Shown here one piece after another: positions 9,273-19,773 of a DNA stretch of 64,000 nt. Each line of letters starts with the position of its first letter. Position 1 is the first letter of the stretch. The stretch covers positions 32,336 through 96,335 of the forward strand of contig CAWFAH010000007.1 in assembly GCA_963813705.1 (NCBI GenBank), given 5' to 3'. Both the position numbers and the translations under genes were made by a program. This DNA is from an uncultured Chloroflexia bacterium. Its GTDB lineage: Bacteria; Chloroflexota; Limnocylindria; Limnocylindrales; CSP1-4. Below the pieces are notes generated by a model. That model saw only the letters and a program-made list of their open reading frames with translations, made no database searches and had not been told where the DNA came from.

Positions 9273-11081
9273 TCAGGCCTCCTGCAGGGCGGCGCCCAGC
9301 GCCCGCTCGAGGGCGGCCAGGCCGGCATCGGGATCGGGACCGAGGTGGATCCGCAGGACCGGCAGCCCGTGCGCCTCGAGCGCGCCGAAGTCGCCGAGCG
9401 CCTGGGCGTCGATGAGCTGGCCGAAGGTGTAGGCCTTGCCCGGGATCGGCCGGTCGATCGGGTGGTCGGCGGTCAGCTGGAGGAACCAGCCGGTCGGCGG
9501 GCCGCCCTTGTGGAGCTGGCCGGTCGAGTGGAGGAAGCGCGGGCCGTAGCCGGCCGTCGTGGCCCGCTGCGTGGCGTCGCGGAGCGCGGCCCGGATCCGG
9601 GCCAGTGCCGCGTCGCGCGCCTCGGTCGGCGCGAGATAGACCTGCAGGCAGGCGTAGCCGTGCGGCTGGAGGGCTCGGAGGTGGGCCCGCAGGGCGTCGG
9701 CCACGGTCGGCGCGGGCGCCGTGCTCGCCGAGCCGATGACGGCGATTCCGTCACCGGCGGCGACGATCGGCACGCCCTCGGACGGCCGTCCGCCGTCGGA
9801 GGGCGCGCTCGCGTCCCACGGCCCGATCGACGGCCCGAGGTCGCCCCCGCGCCCGATCTCGTCGAGCGTCTCGCGCGTCCGCTCCTTGGCCTCCTCGACG
9901 TTCGGCTGGTCGAACGGGTCGATCCCGAGCACGATCCCGGCGATCGCCGTCGCCACCTCCCAGCGGACGAACTCGCCGGCGAGGTCGATCGGGTCGTCGA
10001 TCGCCAGCCGGGCGACCGGATGACCGGCCGCCTCGAGGGCGCCGAGCAGGGCATCCGCCGACGTGCCGTCCGACGCCGCCGCGGGACCCGGCGAACCGGC
10101 CAGCGTCAGGCGCACGAACATCCGGTCCTCGCCGTACGCCGCCAGCGGCCCGAGGGGCTCGAGGTCGACCGGGACGATCCCGACCCCGTGCTTGCCGGTG
10201 CTCTCGGCGATGAGCTGCTCGGCCCACGCCCCGAAGCCGGCGATCTCCGGGTCGGCGACCAGGGTGAGCTTGTCGCGCCCGGCGACGGCGTTCGATCCGA
10301 GGAACAGCCCGAGGCTCACGCCCGGGTTGGCTGCCGGGTCCTTGGCGTGGCACCGATCGAGCATCGAGCGGGCGCTGCCGAGGAACGGGTCGAGGTCGAG
10401 CCCGATCAGGCTGGCCGGGACGAGCCCGACGTACGTCAGCGCGGCATAGCGACCGCCGATGTCCGGCGGGTTGAGGAAGACCTCGCGGAAGTTGTCGTGG
10501 TGGGGGATCGCCGCGAGGCTCCGCTCCGGGTCGGTGATCGCCACCATGTAACCGCCCGGCGACACGCGGCGCATGTCGCGGGCCTCGAGCGCCGCCTCGA
10601 TCCGGGCCCACGCGTCGGCCTGGAAGGCGAGCGGCTCGGCCGTGGTACCCGACTTGGTGGCCACGATGAACAGGGTCTCGAGGGGGTAGGCGTCGTCGAC
10701 GATCGCGGCGACGGCCGCCGGGTCGGTCGAGTCGAGGACGCGGATCGACAGCCAGTCGCCGCCGTCGCCGAACGCCTTCTTGAGCACCTCCGGGGCGAGG
10801 CTGCTGCCGCCCATGCCGCCGACGATCGCGGTGGTGAAGCCGCCGTCGCGGATCGCCTCGCCGAACGCCTCGAGCGGGCCGATCTCGCCGTAGAAGTGGT
10901 TCGGCGCATCGAGCCAGCCGAGCCGCTCGGCGATCGCCGCCTGGACCTCCGGATCGGCTGACCACAGGCTGGCGTCGCGCTCGAACAGCCGCTCGACCCA
11001 GCGCTCTCCCCGCGCTCGGGCGACGAGCTCGGGCGGGGCGGACGGCAGCTGGGGCGCCTCGTCGGCGGTGGTGTCGGTCAC
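9273..11081 (-). CDS. pgi: glucose-6-phosphate isomerase (type otherwise seen as the C-terminal half of Tal-Pgi fusions)
   Basis: RLGWL, GMGGSSL, KSGTTAE, IGGRY, EQLIAESTGK, PFDQPNVE and GPRFLHSTGQLHKGG motifs. Confidence 0.9.
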   Translation of the reverse strand: MTDTTADEAPQLPSAPPELVARARGERWVERLFERDASLWSADPEVQAAIAERLGWLDAPNHFYGEIGPLEAFGEAIRDGGFTTAIVGGMGGSSLAPEVLKKAFGDGGDWLSIRVLDSTDPAAVAAIVDDAYPLETLFIVATKSGTTAEPLAFQADAWARIEAALEARDMRRVSPGGYMVAITDPERSLAAIPHHDNFREVFLNPPDIGGRYAALTYVGLVPASLIGLDLDPFLGSARSMLDRCHAKDPAANPGVSLGLFLGSNAVAGRDKLTLVADPEIAGFGAWAEQLIAESTGKHGVGIVPVDLEPLGPLAAYGEDRMFVRLTLAGSPGPAAASDGTSADALLGALEAAGHPVARLAIDDPIDLAGEFVRWEVATAIAGIVLGIDPFDQPNVEEAKERTRETLDEIGRGGDLGPSIGPWDASAPSDGGRPSEGVPIVAAGDGIAVIGSASTAPAPTVADALRAHLRALQPHGYACLQVYLAPTEARDAALARIRAALRDATQRATTAGYGPRFLHSTGQLHKGGPPTGWFLQLTADHPIDRPIPGKAYTFGQLIDAQALGDFGALEAHGLPVLRIHLGPDPDAGLAALERALGAALQEA

Positions 11082-11204
11082 GGGGTCCCTTCCTCCATAC
11101 GGCGCGATGGTATCCCGCCCGGATGAACGCGGTGTTCGAGCCCTCCACGCAGCTCGGCCTCGTCGGCCCCGATCGATGGCTCGTGGCAGGCAGTGACGGC
11201 AGGC

Positions 11205-11600
11205 CTACAGCGACCGAGAATGTCGATCGATCCAGTGCGCCAGTTCGACCTCCGTCAACTCTCCGGTCGCGAGGCCGACCACGATCGACAACGCCTGCTC
11301 GTTGGTCGCGGTCAACTCGATGCCGTTGCGGTCCAGGAAGGCGACCATGACGACCAGGGCCACCCGCTTGTTTCCATCGACATAGGGGTGACTGCGGACC
11401 AACCCGTAGGCGTAGGCCGCTGCCAGCTCGGAGCGGGACGCGTCGCCCTGGTACTGCCAGTGCTGCCGAGGGCGAGCCAGCGCAGACTCCAAGGCGCCTT
11501 CGTCGCGCAGGCCGTGAGCTCCACCGTGCTCCCGGATCTGTCGGAAGTGGGCTTCGTCGACGGCGAGTCGCCCGAGCCAGCGAGGCTCGGGCTTCATCAC
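11205..11600 (-). CDS. type II TA toxin, Doc (death-on-curing) family
   Basis: HGG..GLRDEGALESALARP and Doc/Fic motif HPYVDGNKR. Confidence 0.92.
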   Translation of the reverse strand: MMKPEPRWLGRLAVDEAHFRQIREHGGAHGLRDEGALESALARPRQHWQYQGDASRSELAAAYAYGLVRSHPYVDGNKRVALVVMVAFLDRNGIELTATNEQALSIVVGLATGELTEVELAHWIDRHSRSL

Positions 11601-11824
11601 CTGGCCAGCTCGCGCAGTGTCGCCCGGTATCTCTTCGCTGCCCGTCGCGTTGCGGCGAGGTCGGCGTCGAGCTCCTCGGTGTACGGAGTGAGAAGGATGC
11701 CCTGCTCGGTCTCGACGGCCAGTACCCGGTCACCAGCTGCCAGATCGAGCCGATCGACCATCTCCTTGGGGAGTGTGGTTCCGACGGATCCCCCGACGCG
11801 ACGAAGGGTGATGGGACGTGCCAT
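11597..11824 (-). CDS. AbrB/MazE-family antitoxin
   Basis: LRRVGGSVGTTLPKEMVDRLDLAAGDRV...GILLTP. 4-bp overlap with the toxin. Confidence 0.9.
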   Translation of the reverse strand: MARPITLRRVGGSVGTTLPKEMVDRLDLAAGDRVLAVETEQGILLTPYTEELDADLAATRRAAKRYRATLRELAR

Positions 11825-11833
11825 GGCGGCTTC

Positions 11834-11853
11834 AGGATAGCACACTTATGCTA
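11834..11853 (-). promoter_or_regulatory. TA promoter -10 (TATCCT) with overlapping inverted repeat TAGCA-N6-TGCTA, a likely autorepression operator
   Basis: AT-rich palindrome at 11838-11853 just upstream of the antitoxin start. Confidence 0.55.
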
Positions 11854-11914
11854 CAGATCTCCGGCTCGGGCCCCTCAACGACGGGTAAGGGCAGGCGCGA
11901 ACGGAAGGTACGTC

Positions 11915-12373
11915 CTACCCTTCGCCCGCCTCGAGGGCCAGGACCTTCTCCAACCGGCGCCGGTGACGTGGCTCGCCGGAGAAGCTCGCACGGAGGAAGG
12001 CCAGCGAGCACTCGACCGCCAGCTCGATGGCGATGACCCGCGAGCCGAGGGTCAGCACGTTCATGTCGTCGTGCTCGACGCCCTGGTGGGCGGAGTAGGT
12101 GTCGTGGCAGACGGCGGCCCGGACGCCGCGCAGCTTGTTGGCCGCGACCGACGCGCCCACGCCTGAGCCGCAGATGAGGATCCCGCGGTCGGCGTCGCCG
12201 GCCTGGATGGCCCGGCCGATCCGCTCGGCGAAGTCGGGGTAGTCGTCGTCGGGATCCGAGCCGTCGCCGCCGAGGTCGATGAGCTCATGCTCGATGCCGG
12301 CTTCCGCCAGACGGCCGATGAGCTCGTCCTTGAGCGCTGCTCCGGCGTGATCCGCGGCGAAGGCGACGCGCAT
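11915..12373 (-). CDS. rpiB: ribose 5-phosphate isomerase B
   Basis: [29 protein letters not shown] and RHRRR motifs. Confidence 0.95.
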   Translation of the reverse strand: MRVAFAADHAGAALKDELIGRLAEAGIEHELIDLGGDGSDPDDDYPDFAERIGRAIQAGDADRGILICGSGVGASVAANKLRGVRAAVCHDTYSAHQGVEHDDMNVLTLGSRVIAIELAVECSLAFLRASFSGEPRHRRRLEKVLALEAGEG

Positions 12374-12393
12374 CGGCTTCGTCCCGGTGCCGC

Positions 12394-14511
12394 TCAGCGA
12401 CCGGGCGCGGCGTCGCCGCCGTGGCCGATCTTCGGGCCGGCCAGTCGGAGCCCGGCGGGCTGGTGACCGTGGTCGACGGTCGGAATGCGACCGTGCAGCC
12501 CGTCGCGCACCACCCGCCGGCCGACCTCGGCGATGCGCTCCCGGGTGAAGCCGAAGTGCTCGAAGATCGTCGCGCCCGGAGCGCTCGCCCCGAAATGGTC
12601 GATCCCGACGATCGCGCCCTCGTCGCCGACAAACCGCTCCCAGCCGAGCGACACCCCGGCCTCGACGCTCACCCGCTTGCGCACGCGCGGCGGGAGGATC
12701 TCGTCCCGGTAGGCGGCCGGCTGGAGGTCGAACAGCTCCCAGCACGGCATCGACACGACGCGGGTGCGGATCCCCTCCGCGGCCAGCGCGTCCGAGGCCG
12801 CCGCGACGAGCGGCAGCTCCGAGCCGGTGGCGATGAGGATCAGGTCGATCGCCTCCGGTCCGCCGCTCGACTCGCGCACGACGTAGCCGCCCCGGGTGAC
12901 GCCGTCCCGTGCCCGCTCGGCGGTCTCGGGCAGGGTCGCCAGCTTCTGCCGCGTCAGCGCCAGGGCGACCGGGCCGTCGGGCCGGCTCACGGCGATCGCC
13001 CACGCCGCCGACGTCTCGTTCGCGTCGCCAGGCCGCATGAACCACAGGTTCGGGATCGCGCGGAGCGCAGCGTAGTGCTCGACCGGCTGGTGGGTCGGGC
13101 CGTCCTCGCCGAGCCCGACCGAGTCGTGCGTCCAGACGTAGATCACGTGGAGCCCGGCCAGCGCGGCGAGCCGGACCGATCCGCGCATGTAGTCGCTGAA
13201 GTTGAGGAACGTGCCCGCGTACGGGATGAACCCGCCGTGGTAGGCGATCCCGTTGGCGATCCCGCCCATCGCGTGCTCGCGGACGCCAAAGCGCAGGTTC
13301 CGACCCGGGTCGTCGGCGCTGAAGTCGCCGCCGCCCTTGACGTCGGTGAGGTTCGACTCGGACAGGTCGGCGGCGCCGCCGAACAGCTCGGGGACCGGCT
13401 CTGCCAGGGCCTGGATCGCCGCCTGGCTCGCCTGTCGGGTGGCGAAGTCCTCGCCCACGGCGTAGGTCGCGAGGCCGGCCGTCGCGCCGGGACGGAGGTC
13501 GGCATCGAGCCGGCGCTCGAGCTCGCGCGCCTCGGCCGGAAACGCCTGGCGGTAGCGCTCGAAACGTGCTTCCCACTCCTCGGCCCACGACTCGCCGCGC
13601 GGGATCGCTCGCGAGAACATCGCGGCCGCCTCGTCGGGAATGAAGAACGAGCGGTCCGGGTCCCAGCCGTAGGCCTCCTTGACGAGGCGGACCTCGTCCG
13701 CGCCGAGCGGCGAGCCGTGGGCCTTCTGCGAGTCCTGCTTGTTCGGCGACCCATAGCCGATGTGGGTCCGCACGGCGATGAGGCTCGGCCGGCCGTCCTC
13801 GAGCGCCGTCGAGACCGCCGCGTCGATCGCCTCGAGATCGTTGCCGTCGGCGACCCGGGCGGTGTGCCAGCCGTAGGCGTCGAAGCGGGCCGGGACGTCC
13901 TCGCTGAAGGCCATGGCCGTCGGCCCGTCGAGCTGGACGTGGTTGTCGTCGTAGAGCATGGTCAGCTTGCCGAGCCGGAGGTGCCCGGCCAGCGAGGCCG
14001 CCTCGGAGGCGATCCCTTCCTGGAGGTCGCCGTCGGAGCAGATCACGAACGTCCGGTGGTCGACGACCGTGTGCTCCGGCCGGTTGAACTCGGCGCCGAG
14101 CCGGCGCTCGGCGATGGCCATCCCGACGGCGTTCGCGACGCCCTGGCCGAGCGGTCCGGTCGTCGCCTCGACGCCCGGGGTCAGCCCGTACTCGGGATGG
14201 CCCGGCGTCCGCGAGCCCCACTGGCGGAACTGCTCGATGTCGGCCAGCGACAGGTCGTAGCCGGTCAGATGGAGGAGCGAGTAGAGCAGCATCGAGGCGT
14301 GCCCGGCGCTCAGCACGAACCGGTCGCGGTCGGGCCAGTCTGGTCGCGTCGGGGCGTGGCGCAGGTGGCGGGTCCACAGGACGTAGGCCATCGGCGCGGC
14401 ACCCATCGGCGCCCCCGGGTGCCCGGAGTTCGCCTTCTGGACCGCATCGATGGAGAGGGTCCTGATCGTGTCGATCGCGAGCTGGTCGAGCCGGTCCGTG
14501 GCGATCGTCAT
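12394..14511 (-). CDS. tkt: transketolase
   Basis: [24 protein letters not shown] motif DGDLQEG, GVREHAM and [14 protein letters not shown]. Confidence 0.97.
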   Translation of the reverse strand: MTIATDRLDQLAIDTIRTLSIDAVQKANSGHPGAPMGAAPMAYVLWTRHLRHAPTRPDWPDRDRFVLSAGHASMLLYSLLHLTGYDLSLADIEQFRQWGSRTPGHPEYGLTPGVEATTGPLGQGVANAVGMAIAERRLGAEFNRPEHTVVDHRTFVICSDGDLQEGIASEAASLAGHLRLGKLTMLYDDNHVQLDGPTAMAFSEDVPARFDAYGWHTARVADGNDLEAIDAAVSTALEDGRPSLIAVRTHIGYGSPNKQDSQKAHGSPLGADEVRLVKEAYGWDPDRSFFIPDEAAAMFSRAIPRGESWAEEWEARFERYRQAFPAEARELERRLDADLRPGATAGLATYAVGEDFATRQASQAAIQALAEPVPELFGGAADLSESNLTDVKGGGDFSADDPGRNLRFGVREHAMGGIANGIAYHGGFIPYAGTFLNFSDYMRGSVRLAALAGLHVIYVWTHDSVGLGEDGPTHQPVEHYAALRAIPNLWFMRPGDANETSAAWAIAVSRPDGPVALALTRQKLATLPETAERARDGVTRGGYVVRESSGGPEAIDLILIATGSELPLVAAASDALAAEGIRTRVVSMPCWELFDLQPAAYRDEILPPRVRKRVSVEAGVSLGWERFVGDEGAIVGIDHFGASAPGATIFEHFGFTRERIAEVGRRVVRDGLHGRIPTVDHGHQPAGLRLAGPKIGHGGDAAPGR

Positions 14512-14555
14512 CCCTCTCTCGCGCTCCTTCCCGGTCGGCTCGCTTGCGGGCGGTC

Positions 14556-14577
14556 ATTGTAGCCCGGTCGCTATCCT
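14556..14577. promoter_or_regulatory. back-to-back -10 hexamers (TACAAT on - for tkt; TATCCT on + for leaderless pfkB)
   Basis: attgta at 14556-14561 and tatcct at 14572-14577, the latter 6 nt before GTG 14584. Confidence 0.55.
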
Positions 14578-14583
14578 CGTCCG

Positions 14584-15686
14584 GTGCCGAGCTTCTCGCG
14601 GATCACCAGCGTCCGGCCCCACCGGCCACAGGTCCGCGCGCGCCACCGGCCGGGCGCGGCGGGCCGGCCGAAGGTCGTCGTGCTCGGCGACCTGGTCCTC
14701 GACGTCGCGCTCGCCCCGGGCCGTCCGCTCGCGGCCGGGACCGACGTGCCGGGCCGCGTGTCGCTCCACCAGGGCGGCTCGGCCGCGAACACCGCGCGCT
14801 GGCTGGCGCGGCTCGACGTCCCGACCACGCTCGTCGGCTCCGTCGGACGCGACGCCGCCGGCCGGGCCCTCGTTGAGGCCCTCCGGGCCGATCACGTCAC
14901 GACTCGCGTCCTCCGGGTCGGCGGCGCCCGGACCGGCCGGATCGGCGTCCTCGTCGGTCCGGGCGGCGAGCGCTCGTTCGTCGCCGACCGCGGGGCGGCG
15001 GACGCGCTCTGCGCCGGACGGACCTCCGGAGCTCCTGGTTCGCGGGCGCCGAGCTGCTCCACCTGCCGGCCTACTCGCTGCTGGGCGAGCCGCTCGGGAC
15101 GGCCGGTCGCGCCGCGGTTCGACTGGCGCGGGCCGCCGGGGCGCGAGTCAGCCTCGACCTGGCGTCGATTGGTCCACTGCTCGCGGACGGTCGCGGCGCG
15201 GCCGAGGCGCTCGTCCGCGAGGTCGCTCCGGACCTGCTGCTCGCGACGGCGGCCGAGCTCCACGGCCTGCTCGGCGCCGGCGGCCGGACGGACGCGCGGG
15301 CCGTCGGGCTGGCGCCGATCGTCGTGATCAAGCGCGGCGCGGCCGGCGTCACGGTGCTCGTTCGCGACGACCCGGGTCCGGCTGAGCGCGGTGCGCCGCG
15401 CGCGGCGGGTGGCGCGGCCGGGGCCGCGGGTATCACGGCGCGCGCGGCTGTCACGGCGCCCGCGGCGGGCGTCGCGATCCGGTTCGACGTCGCGACCCGG
15501 CCGATCGTCGCGGCCGATACCACCGGCGCCGGCGACGCCTTCGACGCGGGGTTCATCGCGGAGTGGCTCGCCTCGGCCCGTGCGGGTCGGTCGGCGATCG
15601 TCGGGCTGCGCCGGGCGGCGGTGGCGGGCAACCGGACCGCCGCCCGCCAGGTCGCCGTCCCGCGCCGGGAGCTCCAGCTGGGCTGA
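14584..15686 (+). CDS. PfkB-family carbohydrate/nucleoside kinase, probable pseudouridine kinase (frameshift near 15010-15020)
   Basis: [17 protein letters not shown] and C-terminal DTTGAGDAF. The two halves join on removing two extra bases. Upstream of psuG. Confidence 0.85.
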
Positions 15687-15700
15687 ACCGGGCCCCGCGC

Positions 15701-15860
15701 GCGGGCACCCGGCCGCGGGCGCGGGCAACCGCTCGGCGCCGGGCGCGGGCACCCGGCCGCGGGCGCGGGCGATATGGCGCGTGCTGGAGCGAGCCGCCCC
15801 GAGCCGCCCCGAGCCGCCCCGAGCCGTCCCAGCCGCCCCGAGCCCCTGAGCCGCCCCGAT
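15701..15860. repeat. GC-rich direct repeat (gcgggcacccggccgcgggcgcgggc x2) and 10-bp tandem repeat (gagccgcccc)n
   Basis: Direct repeat at about 15701 and 15745. Three exact plus several degenerate 10-mers from 15791. Confidence 0.7.
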
Positions 15861-15875
15861 CCGCCCACCGATCTG

Positions 15876-16080
15876 TGCATCGGGCGCACGTTCGGTGACG
15901 CCACGGAGCCGCGACGGTCCGTTTGTTGCACCGGGCGCAAGAAGCCAGGCGAGCTTGCGGCCCATGAACACATCCGCACGATCCGGGCCGCCACGAGCCT
16001 GGTGTTTTCACCCGGCGCATGCTTGGTGGCGCCACGCCGTTGCGACGGCCCGTTTCTTGCTCCGGGTGCAAGGTTCCAGC
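15876..16080. repeat. degenerate direct repeat (~131-bp period) carrying TTGC-N7-GCAA-type palindromes, REP-like
   Basis: ggtgacgccacg...gcgacggtccgtttgttgcaccgggcgcaag at 15894 versus ggtggcgccacg...gcgacggcccgtttcttgctccgggtgcaag at 16025. Confidence 0.6.
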
Positions 16081-16251
16081 CGGATCCGTCCCCCTGTCGA
16101 GCCGGACGTAGCGATGTGTGCGTGCGACGCAAACGGGCCCGTCAACCGGCCGGCTCGCGCACGGGACGCGAGTCCATCGATCGGTGCGGCTTCGCCAGTG
16201 GCCTCCGGCCGGTCGATCGGCCGGCGGCGCGGCTGCGCTACCCTCGCGGGG

Positions 16252-17214
16252 ATGTCGATCGCCGATCGCCTGGAGATCCACGAGGAGGTCGCCGCCGCGC
16301 TGGCCACCGGCCGGCCGGTGGTTGCCCTCGAATCGACGCTGATCAGCCACGGGCTGCCGTATCCGGACAACGTCGCGGTGGCGCGCGCGTCCGAGGCGGC
16401 CGTCCGGGCGTCCGGCGCGATCCCGGCGACGGTCGCGATCCGCGACGGACGGCTCCGGGTCGGGCTCGCCGACGCCGAGCTCGAGGCGCTCGCGACCGCG
16501 CCGGCCGGGTCGGTCCTCAAGGCTGCCCGGCCGAGTCTCGCCGCGGCGCTCGAGCGCTCCGGGTGGGCCGCGACCACCGTGTCGGCCACGATGATCGCCG
16601 CCGCGGCGGCGGGGATCGCGGTGTTCGCGACCGGCGGGATCGGCGGGGTGCATCGCGGGGCGCTGTCGTCGATCCCCGGCAACGGCCCGGCGGCCGAGTC
16701 GGTCCCTGGGACGCTCGACATCTCGTCCGACCTCGAGGAGCTGGCCAGGACGCCGGTCGCGGTCGTGTGCGCCGGGCCGAAGGCGATCCTCGACCTGCCG
16801 CTCACCCTCGAGTACCTCGAGACCCGCGGTGTCCCCGTGGTCGCGCTCGGCCAGGATGAGGTGCCCGGGTTCTACGCCCGGACGAGCGGGGTCCCGGCGC
16901 CGCTGTCGGTCCCCGACGAGCGCGCCGCGGCGGCGTTGGTCGCCACGCATCTCGGTCTCGGGCTCGGATCGGGGATCCTCGTCTGCGTGCCGGTCCCGGT
17001 CGAGGCCGCCCTGGCCCCGGAGGCCGCCCGTCGCGCGGTGGACCTTGCGGTCGCGGAGGCGTCGAGCGCCGGCATCCATGGCCCGGCGCTGACGCCGTGG
17101 CTGCTCGCCCGGATCGCCGAGCTGACCGAGGGCGCGAGCCTCAGGGCGAACGTCGCGCTGATCGAGAACGACGCCCGCGTCGCCGGCCGGCTCGCGGTCG
17201 CGCTGGCGGGCTGA
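16252..17214 (+). CDS. psuG: pseudouridine-5'-phosphate glycosidase
   Basis: VVALESTLISHGLPYP, ATTVSATM, FATGGIGGVHRG, DISSDL, KAILDL..TLEYLET and LTPWLL motifs. Confidence 0.95.
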   Translation: MSIADRLEIHEEVAAALATGRPVVALESTLISHGLPYPDNVAVARASEAAVRASGAIPATVAIRDGRLRVGLADAELEALATAPAGSVLKAARPSLAAALERSGWAATTVSATMIAAAAAGIAVFATGGIGGVHRGALSSIPGNGPAAESVPGTLDISSDLEELARTPVAVVCAGPKAILDLPLTLEYLETRGVPVVALGQDEVPGFYARTSGVPAPLSVPDERAAAALVATHLGLGLGSGILVCVPVPVEAALAPEAARRAVDLAVAEASSAGIHGPALTPWLLARIAELTEGASLRANVALIENDARVAGRLAVALAG

Positions 17215-17416
17215 CCGCCGTACCGTCTCGCGCCAGATCCGCGGCGGCTCGCGTGTCGCCAGTCGGTTGGTCACTGAACACCCGGTGTTCCTACCAGCGG
17301 TTGGCGGACCCCTTCGCCGGGCGAGCGTCGGGATTCCACGCTCGGGGAGCGGTCGACGGGGCGGCTTAGGCTCCGGGTTGTACGCCTGGTGTGCAGGCGC
17401 GGGCGTGTCGGCAGCG

Positions 17417-17584
17417 ACAGCCCCTCGTTTGAACACCCCGTGTTCATCCGTCGTGGCCGCAGTGCGCCGGCCATCCACAGCCCCTCGTTTGAACGCCGGG
17501 TGTTCACGCGTCGTGGCCGCAGTGCGCCGGCCATCCACGGGACGCCGGAGCATCGCAGCGCGCCGGCCATCCACGGGACGCCGG
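17417..17584. repeat. 60-bp tandem repeat (x2) with TGAACAC-N3-GTGTTCA palindrome, followed by a ~31-bp duplicated tail
   Basis: Near-identical units at 17417 and 17477. cgcag(t/c)gcgccggccatccacgggacgccgg at 17518 and 17554. Third palindrome copy at 17275. Confidence 0.8.
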
Positions 17585-17776
17585 CCGGCTCGCGGTCGCC
17601 CTGGCCGGCCATGACGCCGCGCCGCCCAGTCAACGCGACGCCGGGCCGTCAACGGGGGCGTCGGAACCGCCGGCGCGTGTTCGATGGGCATCTGCCAAAC
17701 GGCAGACCGCAGGCTTCCCTCGCGGGGTCCTCGGTGGTAGACTCACCAGCCCGCATCGAACCGTCGCCGGAGCACC

Positions 17777-18892
17777 ATGTCCGCCCAGATCCTTGCGCCG
17801 GCCATCGACGCCCGTGGCATCCGCCGCGTCTATGCCGCCAAGCCCGAGCCCGTCACCGCGCTCGCCGGCGTGGACCTGGAGGTCCAGCCGGGCGAGCTGT
17901 TCGGGCTGCTCGGGCCGAATGGAGCGGGCAAGACCACCCTGATCAAGATCCTCACGACGCTCCTCCTGCCGAGCGCCGGGACGGCCAGGGTGTTCGGCTT
18001 CGACATCGAGACCGAGACGAAGAAGATCCGGCGGATCATGAACATGGTCGCCGGCGGTGAGCAGTCGGGCTACGGCATCCTGACCGTCCGCGAGCAGCTC
18101 TGGATGTTCAGCCAGTTCTACGGCCTGGGCGCGCGCGAGGGCTGGGCCCGCGTCGACGAGCTCATCGAGGCGGTCGGTCTCGCCGAGCAGCGTGGCCAGC
18201 GCGTGAGCGGCCTGTCGACCGGCCAGCGCCAGAAGATGAACTTCGCACGCGGGCTGCTCAACGACCCGTGGATCCTGTTCCTCGACGAGCCGACGCTCGG
18301 GCTCGACGTGTCCGCCGCCCGGGCCGTCCGCGAGCTCGTGACCGGCTGGCAGGCGTCCGTGCCGGGCCGGACGGTCCTCCTGACCACGCACTACATGGCC
18401 GAGGCCGACGAGATGTGCGAGCGGATCGCGATCGTCGACCGTGGCCGCGTCCTCGCGATCGGGACGCCGGCCGAGCTCAAGCAGCGCGTCCAGCGCGAGT
18501 CGATCTTCCGGATCGAGCTCGACCGGCTCGCCGGCGGCCCCGGCGCGCTGGCCCGCTTGCCGGGCGTGGTGAGCGCCACGGTGGCCACGGCCGGCAACGG
18601 GCATGCGACCGGGGCGGCCCCGCGCCAGACCGTCGAGGTCAGCCTCGTCCTCGTCGACGACGCGGCGCTCGGTGGCGTCGTCGGCGCGCTCGGGGGGCTC
18701 GGCTCGCGGATCCTCGCCCTGCGCAAGTCGGAGCCGACGCTCGAGGAGGTGTTCGTCGAGCTCGTCGGGCGCGGCTTCGACGACGCCGACGAGTCCGCCC
18801 GCAGGAACGGGACCGGGCGCCGGTCCGAGGGTCCAGACCGGCCCGCCACGGCACATGAGCCCGGGGAGCCCGAGCCCGAGGAGGTCGGATGA
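17777..18892 (+). CDS. ABC-2 type exporter ATP-binding protein
   Basis: GPNGAGKT, LSTGQRQK, LFLDEPT and TTH motifs. Confidence 0.93.
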   Translation: MSAQILAPAIDARGIRRVYAAKPEPVTALAGVDLEVQPGELFGLLGPNGAGKTTLIKILTTLLLPSAGTARVFGFDIETETKKIRRIMNMVAGGEQSGYGILTVREQLWMFSQFYGLGAREGWARVDELIEAVGLAEQRGQRVSGLSTGQRQKMNFARGLLNDPWILFLDEPTLGLDVSAARAVRELVTGWQASVPGRTVLLTTHYMAEADEMCERIAIVDRGRVLAIGTPAELKQRVQRESIFRIELDRLAGGPGALARLPGVVSATVATAGNGHATGAAPRQTVEVSLVLVDDAALGGVVGALGGLGSRILALRKSEPTLEEVFVELVGRGFDDADESARRNGTGRRSEGPDRPATAHEPGEPEPEEVG

Positions 18893-19773
18893 CGACCCGC
18901 GCATTCGTCGGACGCCCGTCCGCCGGTCCACGCGAGGCCGCCGACTGGAGCCGCCGCCGGATCCTGGCCAACGACCTGCACAGCGTCGTCGGGCGGGCGT
19001 TCCCGCGCGTCCGCGGGATGGTCCGCGAGCCGTCCTGGCTGTTCTTCGAGATCCTCCTGCCGTTCCTGACGACGTGCTCGTTCGTGTTCGTCTACCGGGC
19101 GCTCCAGGCGCCGCAGCAGTACATCGGGTTCGTCGTCCTCGGCGGGGCGATGACCGCGTTCTGGCTCAACGTCGTGTGGATGATGGCCGCCCAGCTGTAC
19201 TGGGAGAAGGACCAGGGCAACCTCGAGCTCTACTTCGCCGCGCCGATGGACGTGATGAGCGTGCTGTTCGGGATGGCCATCGGCGGGCTGGTGATGAGCG
19301 CCACGCGGGCGGCGGTCGTCCTCGTCGTCGCCTCGCTCGTCTTCCACGTCCAGTTCTCGGTCGACCAGTGGGGCCTGCTGCTGCTCGTGTTCTTCCTCAC
19401 CCTGGCGGCGCTGTACGGGCTGGGGATGGTCCTCGCAAGCCTGTTCCTGATGTGGGGCCGCGAGGCCTGGCACATGACCCAGCTCATGGTCGAGCCGGTC
19501 TACTTCGTGTCCGGGCTCAACTTCCCGATCGTCGCGCTCGGCCGGATCGGCGCGCTCGCCCTGGCCACGATCCCCCTGGCCACGGGCCTCGACGCGATGC
19601 GCCAGCTCGCCTTCGCCGGGAGCAGCGGAACGCCGGCGATCCTGCCGCCCGAGGCCGAGGCGGCGATCCTCGTGCTGATGACCGTGTTCTTCACCCTGCT
19701 CGCCCGGTTCATGCTCCGCACGCTCGAGACCCGGGCGCGGCGCGAGGGCCGGCTCACGGTGCGCTGGCGATGA
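18889..19773 (+). CDS. ABC-2 type permease
   Basis: Multiple TM segments, EKDQGNLE and SGLNFP motifs. ATGA overlap with the ATPase. Confidence 0.88.
   Translation: MTTRAFVGRPSAGPREAADWSRRRILANDLHSVVGRAFPRVRGMVREPSWLFFEILLPFLTTCSFVFVYRALQAPQQYIGFVVLGGAMTAFWLNVVWMMAAQLYWEKDQGNLELYFAAPMDVMSVLFGMAIGGLVMSATRAAVVLVVASLVFHVQFSVDQWGLLLLVFFLTLAALYGLGMVLASLFLMWGREAWHMTQLMVEPVYFVSGLNFPIVALGRIGALALATIPLATGLDAMRQLAFAGSSGTPAILPPEAEAAILVLMTVFFTLLARFMLRTLETRARREGRLTVRWR

Noticed and set aside
17275-17506. LexA boxes
   Set aside because: Spacing is GAAC-N7-GTTC, not the Gram-positive/Chloroflexota GAAC-N4-GTTC.
17417-17584. CRISPR array
   Set aside because: Units are repeated in full with no unique spacers, there are only 2-3 copies, and no cas genes were recognised in the window.
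17685-17776. Riboswitch upstream of the ABC operon
   Set aside because: A TCTGCC-AAAC-GGCAGA hairpin exists, but it lies upstream of a likely TAGACT -10 and matches no aptamer I recognise.
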